NCBI GenBank assembly: GCA_002360455.1
Contig: DEQQ01000096.1
Coordinates: forward strand, 1-64,000
Source: Saprospiraceae bacterium UBA3362
GTDB taxonomy: Bacteria > Bacteroidota > Bacteroidia > Chitinophagales > Saprospiraceae
DNA length: 64,000 nucleotides
Direction of reading: 5' to 3'
Shown here: positions 8,398 to 17,086 of the stretch, piece by piece
How positions within the stretch are numbered: the first letter of the stretch is position 1
Layout of the letters: each line of letters starts with the position of its first letter
Position numbers and translations under genes: made by a program
The notes under the pieces: generated by a model
What the model saw: only the letters and a program-made list of their open reading frames with translations
What the model was told of the DNA's origin: nothing
Databases searched by the model: none

Positions 8398-10163
8398 TAA
8401 TATTCGGTTTGTTTAACTTTTAGTTTCAGAGCATTTATCTTATCTTCTTGGGACTTTATTTGAGATGCTTTCTCTCTTTCGCTTCTTTCTTTTAATGCTT
8501 TAATTTTCTTGTTCTGTTCTGCAATTTGACGATCCTTTGTTTCCTGAGTTCTCAAAAACTGCCATTGTTTAATAGAATCCATTTCAGCATTAGCTGCTCT
8601 TATCTCTGACGAAAGAGGTGTTGAATTTTGAATGTCTCTTAGTTTGGATTGAGCAGCTGAAAGTTCCTTTTGAGCCTTCTCTTTAGGAGAAAGTGTTGAT
8701 ACACTTATTTGAGAAGCTAATTTCTTTAATCCTTCAAGATTCTTTTTATAGTGCGTCTTGAAATTCGCATGCATATCAAATAAGCCAATTTTAAAAGAAA
8801 CATCCAGTGCAGATTCAACAGCATTTCTCAAAGAAGCTGGTGGCAATTGAAAAGTAGCAGATGAACTAGCAGCATTTACTTCTTTATTTACACACTCTAC
8901 TAAGGTTCCTTGAGCATGACTTGCTATGGCAGTGCTTAAGTTTAAGTAAAGATCATCGTCACTTCCCAACGCCTTTCTCATGTTTAAAATTTTAGGCCAG
9001 CAAGAATCTACTAATTCTTTCGCCTTTCTTATTGTATCGGAAAGATTTTCATATCGTTCCAATTTTCCCGCAATAAATTCTAAGTCGTCTTTAATTAATT
9101 TCTGCTTTGCCCTATCATATGCATTATCTATCCAACCTTGCAAGCTTTCCAGGTTTTCTTTAACTCTTTGTTTGATTAGATCACCTTCCGCTAAATCCTT
9201 TGCATAACCAAACAATTCCAAAGCGTCATCGCTCGGATCAAAATCCTCTTCTTTGAATTCATTGAAGAAATCTATTCCACATTGAAGAATCTCGTCAGCA
9301 ATTTTATCTGAAATACTTTTGTATTTGAGATTTGATTTACCAAGTACATTTCTAATTTGAGCAATTAATTCACTTGTGCTTTCATATAGTTCCCTACCAT
9401 ATACTTCAGCATCCCTTGCATTATCATTACGCTTTTCTTTAGTTTCGCTAATCAAAGACTCAATTGATCGTATAGGTTTTTGAATTGAATCTTTTAAAAA
9501 ATCATCTTTCGCAGAGAATTCAGCTTTTGAAACGATTTCAAATACTTTATCTGACGATACACTTTCATATTTGTCTAACTCTTCTTGAATTGCTTTTAAA
9601 AAAATAAGTTGAAGCTTAGATTTATCTTGAGATTCATGAGGATCAATAAAGCTGGAAAAAAAATTATCTGAGTGCTTACTCTCAATAAATTTCAATTGCA
9701 TAAGTACTCCTTCCTCAAGAACTTTGACGAAGACTCTACTACTTTTGAACGCAGCATTAATCTTCAGGATAGATAAGTTGTGATATGCTGAAGCATTTGA
9801 TGCGTTAACGTCTTTTTCTCCAATTATTGATTGCCATACTTCTGATGCGTTTTCTAAATCACCATCCCGAATAGATTCGAATGCATCTCTATCTCCAACT
9901 TTACTTCCTTCATAAAACCAAAAAATACTATTGAGTATTTTTTCGCTTGCAATATTCAATTTGGAATTAGCTGAGTTAATAGTTTCAAGCGTTCTAACAA
10001 TTTTACCAATTCGATCAAATCCATAAGGAAGTTCTTCCTCTGGGATTTCTTCATCTGCTGATAAATATATTTTAAGATTATTTACTCTGCTGAGAATAAC
10101 CTTGGGACTAGTTCCAACTAATACACCTAATAATCTATGTGGATTATTCTTTATAAGTTCCAT
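8397..10163 (-). CDS. hypothetical coiled-coil protein, first gene of the operon; N-terminus weakly J-domain-like but lacks HPD
   Basis: 588-aa ORF. The C-terminal third is strongly coiled-coil (KIKALKERSEREKASQIKSQEDKINALKLKVKQ). N-terminal LLGVLVGTSPKVILSRVNNLKIYL resembles J-domain helix II, but no HPD tripeptide is present. Confidence 0.45.
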   Translation of the reverse strand: MELIKNNPHRLLGVLVGTSPKVILSRVNNLKIYLSADEEIPEEELPYGFDRIGKIVRTLETINSANSKLNIASEKILNSIFWFYEGSKVGDRDAFESIRDGDLENASEVWQSIIGEKDVNASNASAYHNLSILKINAAFKSSRVFVKVLEEGVLMQLKFIESKHSDNFFSSFIDPHESQDKSKLQLIFLKAIQEELDKYESVSSDKVFEIVSKAEFSAKDDFLKDSIQKPIRSIESLISETKEKRNDNARDAEVYGRELYESTSELIAQIRNVLGKSNLKYKSISDKIADEILQCGIDFFNEFKEEDFDPSDDALELFGYAKDLAEGDLIKQRVKENLESLQGWIDNAYDRAKQKLIKDDLEFIAGKLERYENLSDTIRKAKELVDSCWPKILNMRKALGSDDDLYLNLSTAIASHAQGTLVECVNKEVNAASSSATFQLPPASLRNAVESALDVSFKIGLFDMHANFKTHYKKNLEGLKKLASQISVSTLSPKEKAQKELSAAQSKLRDIQNSTPLSSEIRAANAEMDSIKQWQFLRTQETKDRQIAEQNKKIKALKERSEREKASQIKSQEDKINALKLKVKQTEY

Positions 10164-10355
10164 GATTTGATAAATGTAACAAAATTGATTTGATTTCCAT
10201 TTGTGCGGCTGGCTAAAATTGTTTTTAAAAAATGTGCAGTGGAAAAAAAAATACAGAAGTGTTGGCTTTTGGGCCGGCTGTCTGTGGGTTCAATTGTCCC
10301 GTTAAATTATATTTATTTCTGTCGTTCATTCTTGTTGTGTCGTCTTTTAGGCTTG

Positions 10356-10500
10356 CAGGTAACGGTCCTGGCATAGACGCTGCACCGCCTTTTTAACAAC
10401 AACCAAAAATAAAGAAATAGATTTTCAATGCCGGAGAAAATTAAAAGAGAATGATTTAATCTGCTAGGCGGTGTAGCGTCTATGCCATGTTACTGGCCGT
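10356..10500. repeat. attC-like imperfect palindromic repeat, copy E (variant loop)
   Basis: About 28-bp arms: GTAACGGTCCTGGCATAGACGCTGCACCGCC pairs with GGCGGTGTAGCGTCTATGCCATGTTACTGGCC. Outer boxes GGTAACGG / CATGTTACTGG. Lies 11 bp downstream of the stop of ORF 10512..11747. Confidence 0.5.
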
Positions 10501-10511
10501 CTTAGTTGCAA

Positions 10512-11747
10512 CTATTTTAAAATTTCAATTATCTTATTTTCCTTAAATCTTAGTTTTCTAAAAAGGATACCTTTTTCATTAAATATTTCCTGTATACCAT
10601 TAATTTGATCCGACTCGTAATTTGTTCTTTCCATTATTATACCTCTTTCGTTATAAAGTTCCCAGATACCTTCTTTTTGTCCTAGATTATTATAATTTCC
10701 TTTTTCTAATAATTGTCCCGGTTCGGAATATTTTTCATATTTTCCGTATGGTAGATAATTTTTAGTAGAACGAACTAGTTCAATAGAGGAATTGCAATCT
10801 GAAAAAAACTTAATCGATTCTTCTATGATTTCGCCATCGGTTGTATAAATGTATTTTATTGCTTCATAAGGGTATTCGTGCTTTAATTTACATGTTTTAT
10901 TAATGTCATCATAATAAGAATTTCTAAATTGAATTTTTCCATTATTCCATTGTTCTACCCAACTAATTTTTCCAGAATTAGCAAAGTATTCAATTCTAAT
11001 ACCTTCAAATTGAAACTCATCTTGATTTAAAGGATAACTAAAGTGAAGACCATTTCCTTTACTATGATCCATATTACAGCATTCACGAGAAGGAAAATTA
11101 ATAATATTTGCCTCATAAATTAATTGATGACCATTTTTCCCATAATTATCATATGTTTTTGTGAGTCCGTATAATAAACCATTTTTATATGATTCTTCAT
11201 TTTTAAATTTTAATTTACCTTCAACATATTCAAATTCGTACAATTTTTTATATGGCTCCCCATTTTTTAAAAATGCTATTAATTGTGGATAATAACATTT
11301 TTGATTATCATCGACATTATAATGAACCTCATAACCATTTTTCAATCCTTCTTTTATTTGAATTCTTTGTATGGGAATATTTTTAAAATTCCTTTCAATA
11401 TCATCTCTGAGGAAGTTAATTTCACCGGTAAAAAGTTCTTTAGATTTCCGCGCATATACTTTAGTATTAAGACATCCAAAGCAATTACTATGAAAGTTAT
11501 GTGGTACATCACTAATTTCATCATTTTCGGGATATTCCTCATCTCCTAATGCAATGAAATCATTCCAAGAAATATAACTTGTATTGATTTCCAATTTTGA
11601 AGCATAGTCAAAAATAATTGAAGAATCTGGAATAAGTTCAAGTTCAACATTTCTGCAAGGACAACGTGGAAGCGATTGACTAATTAAATTTCCTGAGCAA
11701 AGTGAGAATATTAAAATTGCTTTTGAAAAATAATAATTTATTTTCAT
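10512..11747 (-). CDS. secreted MORN-repeat-variant (YwqK-like) lipoprotein
   Basis: Signal peptide MKINYYFSKAILIFSLCSGN. Repeated G-x-W/Y...NG motifs (GQKEGIWELYNERGIIMERTNYESDQINGIQEIFNEKGIL). Single-gene cassette. Confidence 0.5.
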   Translation of the reverse strand: MKINYYFSKAILIFSLCSGNLISQSLPRCPCRNVELELIPDSSIIFDYASKLEINTSYISWNDFIALGDEEYPENDEISDVPHNFHSNCFGCLNTKVYARKSKELFTGEINFLRDDIERNFKNIPIQRIQIKEGLKNGYEVHYNVDDNQKCYYPQLIAFLKNGEPYKKLYEFEYVEGKLKFKNEESYKNGLLYGLTKTYDNYGKNGHQLIYEANIINFPSRECCNMDHSKGNGLHFSYPLNQDEFQFEGIRIEYFANSGKISWVEQWNNGKIQFRNSYYDDINKTCKLKHEYPYEAIKYIYTTDGEIIEESIKFFSDCNSSIELVRSTKNYLPYGKYEKYSEPGQLLEKGNYNNLGQKEGIWELYNERGIIMERTNYESDQINGIQEIFNEKGILFRKLRFKENKIIEILK

Positions 11748-11779
11748 TTAATTATTTTTGGAAATTAATAATTGGATGG

Positions 11780-11915
11780 CCAGTAACGGTTTGCGGCTTG
11801 GCGTAGTGGCGGATTTTCAGCACAAAACTTCATACGAAGCACCGAACTTGAACCTACCACAAAACTGTCATACGAAGCACTGGACCCGCCATTACGCCAA
11901 ACCGCTGTTGTGCGT
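11780..11915. repeat. attC-like imperfect palindromic repeat, copy C
   Basis: Stem GCGGCTTGGCGTAGTGGCGG pairs with CCGCCATTACGCCAAACCGC (2 mismatches). Internal tandem half-repeats CACAAAACTTCATACGAAGCAC / CACAAAACTGTCATACGAAGCAC. Outer boxes CCAGTAACGG / GCTGTTGTGCG. Confidence 0.55.
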
Positions 11916-12042
11916 TCGGTGTTTTTCTTTCGTCCTGATTGTCTGTCGGTTGCGGGTTGGAACAGACACACTCTTTGCCAAGTTTTGGATTGAGCTTGGG
12001 CTGGTGCGACTTGGCAATGTGTGTGGCTGTTGAGCGTTGGCA

Positions 12043-14115
12043 TTATAGTTTAATTTCAATGATTTGACTGGTGTCCACTCCTAAAATGTCAACTACTTTC
12101 ACCATTACACGGAATGTTCCTTTTTGGGTGTATTCGTGTTCTGCTGAAATAAATTCCAGTGTTCGGTCTTGTTTGGTGCGGAAGGTCTGCCATTCGTTTT
12201 CAAAAATGTAGTTGCCTGTCCATTGTTCTTCTGTTTCTCCTGCTTCGTTTGTAATACGAATAATTTCTTTTTTGCTGTGATAGTCAAAGTCCACACTCCA
12301 ATAGTCAATCCAATCGTGCCAATTTTCAGTTAAAGTCTCACGGTTAATAATTCCGTTTTTGTCCTTGCTTACTTTGATGATTTGACCGTTTTCAATCACG
12401 ACTTTACTTCCTGCTCGCATACTTTCTTGAATGTCTTCAATGTCGTCTTGCGTGTAGTTGGTTACAAAGTCGGTGAGTTCAATTTTTACTTTATTGCCTT
12501 TTATGATGGGTTTGGCTTGTAAATACGAAACATCATAAAACTTTACTTGTCCTTTGTCCACCGCTCTCGGGTCGAATACATCTTTTGGAATGTAACGCAA
12601 TCGAATGTCTACACCTTGTTCTTTAAATTCTTGGTTTATGCGTGGTTGTAAGCCCATTTCAAACTCAAAGCCCAAAACATCTACTTGTGTAATCAAATTG
12701 GTTCTGCACTCTTCAAAAATTTCTTGCACTCTGCTTTGGGTTACAGGCATATCCAAAGGACCAATATGTACAAAACGACTTGCTTTTTTGGCGTGAAGTG
12801 TAGAGTAATTTTCTATGCGTTGAGCGGAATATGCTCTGCAAATCAAATCCAAATAGGCTTCTTCTTTGCGTTTACGCTGTCCATTGACCAAATCATCTAT
12901 AAAAAACTGCCTTTCGTATTTGCCCAAATTCAAAATCTCAAAAGCTCTGAAATCTTTCCCATTTTCTTTGAGTTCTCTTTGCACGTTAATAAGACGTTTT
13001 CTAGTGGTATGAATAGAAAACCTGCCTAAATCACACGCAATCCACTTTCTGTTTAAAAGTTCTGCCGCTACTGGTGTAGTTCCACTACCGCAAAAGAAAT
13101 CTGCAATTAAATCACCTTCATTAGTCGTAGAAGCTATAATTCTTTGTAAGAGTTTAATTGGTTTTTGTGTAGGGTATGAAACTCGCTCTACTGCTTCCCA
13201 ATTTAATTGTTCTATATCAGTCCAATAATCTTCAGCTAATTTTGTTAATGGATATCTATAAACTTTACCTGATTTGGCATCAGTTTTTTCCTGCCATTGA
13301 ACTCCAAATTCATCAATTACAGTTCGCATATGACTGTCTGGCTTTTTTGGAACTTGAAGATTTTCGTCTTCATTGTTAAATAGCCATTTTTCTGACTTTG
13401 AATAAAACAAAATATTGTCGTGTTTCCTTGCAAACATTTCTTTGGATTTGCCACCTATCGAGTAACACCAAATTATTTCATTTTTGAAATTTTTATTGCC
13501 AAATATATCGTCAAGTAAAATTCTGATAACTGAATTTAATCTATAATCACAATGAACATATATAGTTCCTTGTGGATGCAATAAATTATGAATTAAAATT
13601 AAGCGTTCATATAACATTGATAAATAAGAAGAAATCCCTTTTTGCCACGTATCACGATAGGCAATTTCTTCTAACACACTTTGGCTTTTAGTAGCGGTTT
13701 CGCCATTTAATTCTATGGTATGGCTAAAATCAGCCCCAACTGCAAAGGGTGGGTCAATGTACACAAGTTTTAGTCCACCTTCTTTTTCTATTTCTTCTCT
13801 TAAAGGTCCATTTGCCAAAGATGAAAGAATTAGTTTGTTATCGCCCCAAATCAGTTTGTTATGCCACCCTGCTTTTTGTCTGCCTTTTATATCAAACAAT
13901 AAATTCGCTTCGTTGGCTTCCTTTCGTGGCTCGTCTATATGCTCAATGTGATGAAAAGGCAAAGCCACATTGGTAATTTCTTCCTTTCTGCCATTCCAAA
14001 AAAGGAAGACATCTTCTTCATCACTATACATTTTGTATATATACTCTTTAGGTATCGGCTCATTATTTTTAATCGCCTGAATTACCAATTCTTTTTCTTT
14101 ATCTGATAGATTCAT
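12043..14115 (-). CDS. mod: Type III restriction-modification system methyltransferase (Mod; N6-adenine/N4-cytosine class)
   Basis: DPPF motif (LVYIDPPFAV). SAM-binding FFCGSGTT-like region. Immediately downstream of the res gene with a 9-nt gap. Confidence 0.8.
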   Translation of the reverse strand: MNLSDKEKELVIQAIKNNEPIPKEYIYKMYSDEEDVFLFWNGRKEEITNVALPFHHIEHIDEPRKEANEANLLFDIKGRQKAGWHNKLIWGDNKLILSSLANGPLREEIEKEGGLKLVYIDPPFAVGADFSHTIELNGETATKSQSVLEEIAYRDTWQKGISSYLSMLYERLILIHNLLHPQGTIYVHCDYRLNSVIRILLDDIFGNKNFKNEIIWCYSIGGKSKEMFARKHDNILFYSKSEKWLFNNEDENLQVPKKPDSHMRTVIDEFGVQWQEKTDAKSGKVYRYPLTKLAEDYWTDIEQLNWEAVERVSYPTQKPIKLLQRIIASTTNEGDLIADFFCGSGTTPVAAELLNRKWIACDLGRFSIHTTRKRLINVQRELKENGKDFRAFEILNLGKYERQFFIDDLVNGQRKRKEEAYLDLICRAYSAQRIENYSTLHAKKASRFVHIGPLDMPVTQSRVQEIFEECRTNLITQVDVLGFEFEMGLQPRINQEFKEQGVDIRLRYIPKDVFDPRAVDKGQVKFYDVSYLQAKPIIKGNKVKIELTDFVTNYTQDDIEDIQESMRAGSKVVIENGQIIKVSKDKNGIINRETLTENWHDWIDYWSVDFDYHSKKEIIRITNEAGETEEQWTGNYIFENEWQTFRTKQDRTLEFISAEHEYTQKGTFRVMVKVVDILGVDTSQIIEIKL

Positions 14116-14124
14116 ATTGCTGTA

Positions 14125-16785
14125 TTATTCTGCCGGAAAAATGGCTTTAACGTCATTAAATGATTTTAAACTGGCTTGATGTTTTTCCCAATCTTCTTGT
14201 TTTATGTAAATGGCTGTATATGATTTCTCACTTTGTTGTTCATTTACATCTCTGCACCATTGAGCCAATCGTCTTACTTTTCGAATATCGTCCAAATCTT
14301 CACGTCCTTTGGTTTCCACTATAAAAACGCTTTTGTCGTTTGTCTTTACAAAAAAGTCTGGAAAGTATTCTCTAATGTTTCCATCCTCTGCTTGATATTC
14401 AATTTTGAAATTTACACCACCATCACCCATTGTGTTTTTGGCAAAAGAAACTACATCTGCAAAACGATTTTCACAATAAGAAGCAAATTCCAATTCAAAA
14501 GGATTGTCGCCAATTACTTTATTGAAAATTGATTTTTTAGGAATTAAGAAAGGTTGTTCGTCTGTTACTTTTGGGCGAACTGTTTTAAGCGAAATGTAAT
14601 TTTTAATTTCTGCCGTTCCACTATCCGTTACTGTAAGGTCATTAATAGCGTTTTTGAAAGCAGTATAAAGAATTGCTTTGGGTTGTGCTTCGGAAAGGTT
14701 GCGAATTGATTGGGCATCTGATAAGTCAACCGATTTTCCGAATAGTTGGTGTTGAATAAAACTTTCTACTTTGGGATATAAGATATTGAAACCACTTACC
14801 AAACGGCTTTCTTTCAAAATGGCTTGCGTAAAAAAGCTGATTACGTTTCTATAATCTGCTATGCTGTCTTTGAAAATAGTCGTGTGCGAAATTTTATCTT
14901 CAATATCTTTAAAAACGATTTCTTTTAATTCTTCTGAATTGAAGGTTTTAAAAGGTGATTTTTCAAATTTTAATGTCGAAATATCCAAGTCTTTCAAATT
15001 TTTGTATTCTCTGTAAATTCTTGGGGTCATTTGAGGTATAGGAATGTCCAATTCATCTAAATCCTTGTTTGGATTTTCTTTGTCCACTTCAACAATGATT
15101 GGATTTTTGCCACGCTTTCCTTTACCCATAGGCGAGTATTGGAATTCAACGCCTTCTGTTTTTAGCGATTCCACAAACTCAATAAATGCAGGTGTGCCAA
15201 TTACCGACAAAGTTTCGTGAACATCTAACGAGAACATTTTTCGCAAACCACGACCTATGGCTTGTTCTGGAAGTATTTTAGAATCCGCATTGAAAGGGCG
15301 AAGCCCTACAATGGTGGTTACATTTCTAACATCCCAACCTTCACGAAGCATCAGAACAGAACAAATTGCTTTATATGGTGAAGTGTCTTTGTCCACATCA
15401 TCAGCTGCTTTTCTCAATGTTTCTAAATCTTCTTTTGCTTTTTTGCTTGTTGATGATTCTGAAATTTCACCCTTGCTGTTGGTATGAATACTTAAAACTG
15501 CATTTTTCAATAATGGATAAGTTCGCTCTAAATATTCGGCAATTGCATCAGACTCTTTTGTGGTCATTGCCATAATGAAAAGCAAAGGTGTTTTTTGGCT
15601 TTTTAGTTCTTCATATTGCTTCTCCCATTCAATGTAGCCCAAATGAATAAAGTCTTTGTAACGTTCTATTACATCATCAGATGGCTTTTCTTCTAATTTG
15701 TGTCTTGATGCTTCATCAGGTAAAACTGGAGACTTCACAACATTTTGTTGAATTGCTTCCACTAAAGGATAGTCGCAAATTGTCTGCACAAAAATTGCTC
15801 CTGTATTGTGCTTTGGTGTAGCGGTTACATCACACTGCAAGCCAATATGTTTGCCTGTTTTTAGCTTTAGTTTGTTGCTAATGTCTGCAATGCTTTTAAA
15901 CCAAGCCAAAGATGGGTCGTGAATGTGATGTGCTTCGTCATTGAGAATCACCAAGTCTTTAATTTTGTCACTTCTCAAAACTTTTCCAAGGTCAAGACCT
16001 TTTGAAGTGTCGGCATCAGCTTTTGGTTTTTTACCCAAAAACAATTCTTCTACACTTGGTTCTGTATCTTCATTTAGGAAAACTCTGTGAATGTTTGTCA
16101 AAAAGATGTTTCCTGAATCTGTAATTGGTTTTAGTTCGTCTTGAATGTGTAAAGTGAGTTGGAAATCATTTAACCAATCACGGTCTGCCCAACCATTTTC
16201 TGGAATAAATGGGTCTTCAAAGAAGTATTTAAGTCCGTCAAAATCTTTTCTAATTCTATTAAGAACAATGATGTTGGGTGCAATAACCAAGAAGTTTTTT
16301 GACAATCCTGTGTCTGCTTCATATTTGGCATTGAAGTAAGACCAAACTAACACTAAACCTAAAACTTTGGTTTTGCCTGTACCTGTTGCCATTTTGATAA
16401 CATAGCGTGTCCAATTTTCATCAAACATTCCTGTACTCACACGACCCGAACCATCAAATTTCAGTAATTCGTACTTGTCCTTGGCTTTAGCTATTTCATA
16501 CAAATAAATAACAGACTCAACCGATTCTCTTTGTGAAAAATAGAAGCTGAATTTTTGTCCGTTTTCGTTGGTGTGTTCTCTGTTAAACCAATGATTTAAA
16601 AGTGCTTTTGTAGTTTCTGTCGCTCCTTCATAATTGCTATTTCTCCATTCTTCAACTGCTTTTCTGACCTTATGTACAAGCGGTGCAAGAAGCATTTCGT
16701 ATTTATTCTTGAAAGCATCAAGTTGAGCTTGCCCTGGTGCCCATCTTTTGTCAGGCGTTAAAATCTCAAAAGGTTTATTATTCAT
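14125..16785 (-). CDS. res: Type III restriction endonuclease subunit (Res; SF2 helicase plus C-terminal PD-(D/E)xK nuclease)
   Basis: Helicase motif I ATGTGKT and motif II LNDEAHH. C-terminal PDFFVKT...IVETKG nuclease motif. Confidence 0.85.
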   Translation of the reverse strand: MNNKPFEILTPDKRWAPGQAQLDAFKNKYEMLLAPLVHKVRKAVEEWRNSNYEGATETTKALLNHWFNREHTNENGQKFSFYFSQRESVESVIYLYEIAKAKDKYELLKFDGSGRVSTGMFDENWTRYVIKMATGTGKTKVLGLVLVWSYFNAKYEADTGLSKNFLVIAPNIIVLNRIRKDFDGLKYFFEDPFIPENGWADRDWLNDFQLTLHIQDELKPITDSGNIFLTNIHRVFLNEDTEPSVEELFLGKKPKADADTSKGLDLGKVLRSDKIKDLVILNDEAHHIHDPSLAWFKSIADISNKLKLKTGKHIGLQCDVTATPKHNTGAIFVQTICDYPLVEAIQQNVVKSPVLPDEASRHKLEEKPSDDVIERYKDFIHLGYIEWEKQYEELKSQKTPLLFIMAMTTKESDAIAEYLERTYPLLKNAVLSIHTNSKGEISESSTSKKAKEDLETLRKAADDVDKDTSPYKAICSVLMLREGWDVRNVTTIVGLRPFNADSKILPEQAIGRGLRKMFSLDVHETLSVIGTPAFIEFVESLKTEGVEFQYSPMGKGKRGKNPIIVEVDKENPNKDLDELDIPIPQMTPRIYREYKNLKDLDISTLKFEKSPFKTFNSEELKEIVFKDIEDKISHTTIFKDSIADYRNVISFFTQAILKESRLVSGFNILYPKVESFIQHQLFGKSVDLSDAQSIRNLSEAQPKAILYTAFKNAINDLTVTDSGTAEIKNYISLKTVRPKVTDEQPFLIPKKSIFNKVIGDNPFELEFASYCENRFADVVSFAKNTMGDGGVNFKIEYQAEDGNIREYFPDFFVKTNDKSVFIVETKGREDLDDIRKVRRLAQWCRDVNEQQSEKSYTAIYIKQEDWEKHQASLKSFNDVKAIFPAE

Positions 16786-16941
16786 TTATCTTATTTCTAT
16801 TCGTGTCAAATTTACTTTTTATTGTTGGTTCGTCTGTCCGTGCGTTGGCAAAAAATGGCTCTTTTGGTTTTTTGAGCATTGGCTCGTGTGTCGGGAAAAA
16901 CCAAATGTGCCATTTGCGGGTCGGTTGTCTTTTTACACTGA

Positions 16942-17076
16942 CGCACAACGTTTTGGCGCTTGGCGCAGTGGCGGATTTCGGAGCACAAAACTGTCAATAA
17001 ACCACAAAAGTTGATGCGAGGTAGAATGTTCAATTAACCACGTCACCCGCCATTGAGCCAAACGCCTGTTATCGGC
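16942..17076. repeat. attC-like imperfect palindromic repeat, copy D
   Basis: GGCGCAGTGGCGG ... CCCGCCATTGAGCC arms. Outer boxes GCACAACG / CCTGTTATCGG. Loop contains the CACAAAACTGTC and CACAAAAGTTGATGCGAGG half-repeats. Lies 10 bp downstream of the stop of ORF 17087..17290. Confidence 0.5.
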
Positions 17077-17086
17077 TGCTCTTCTG

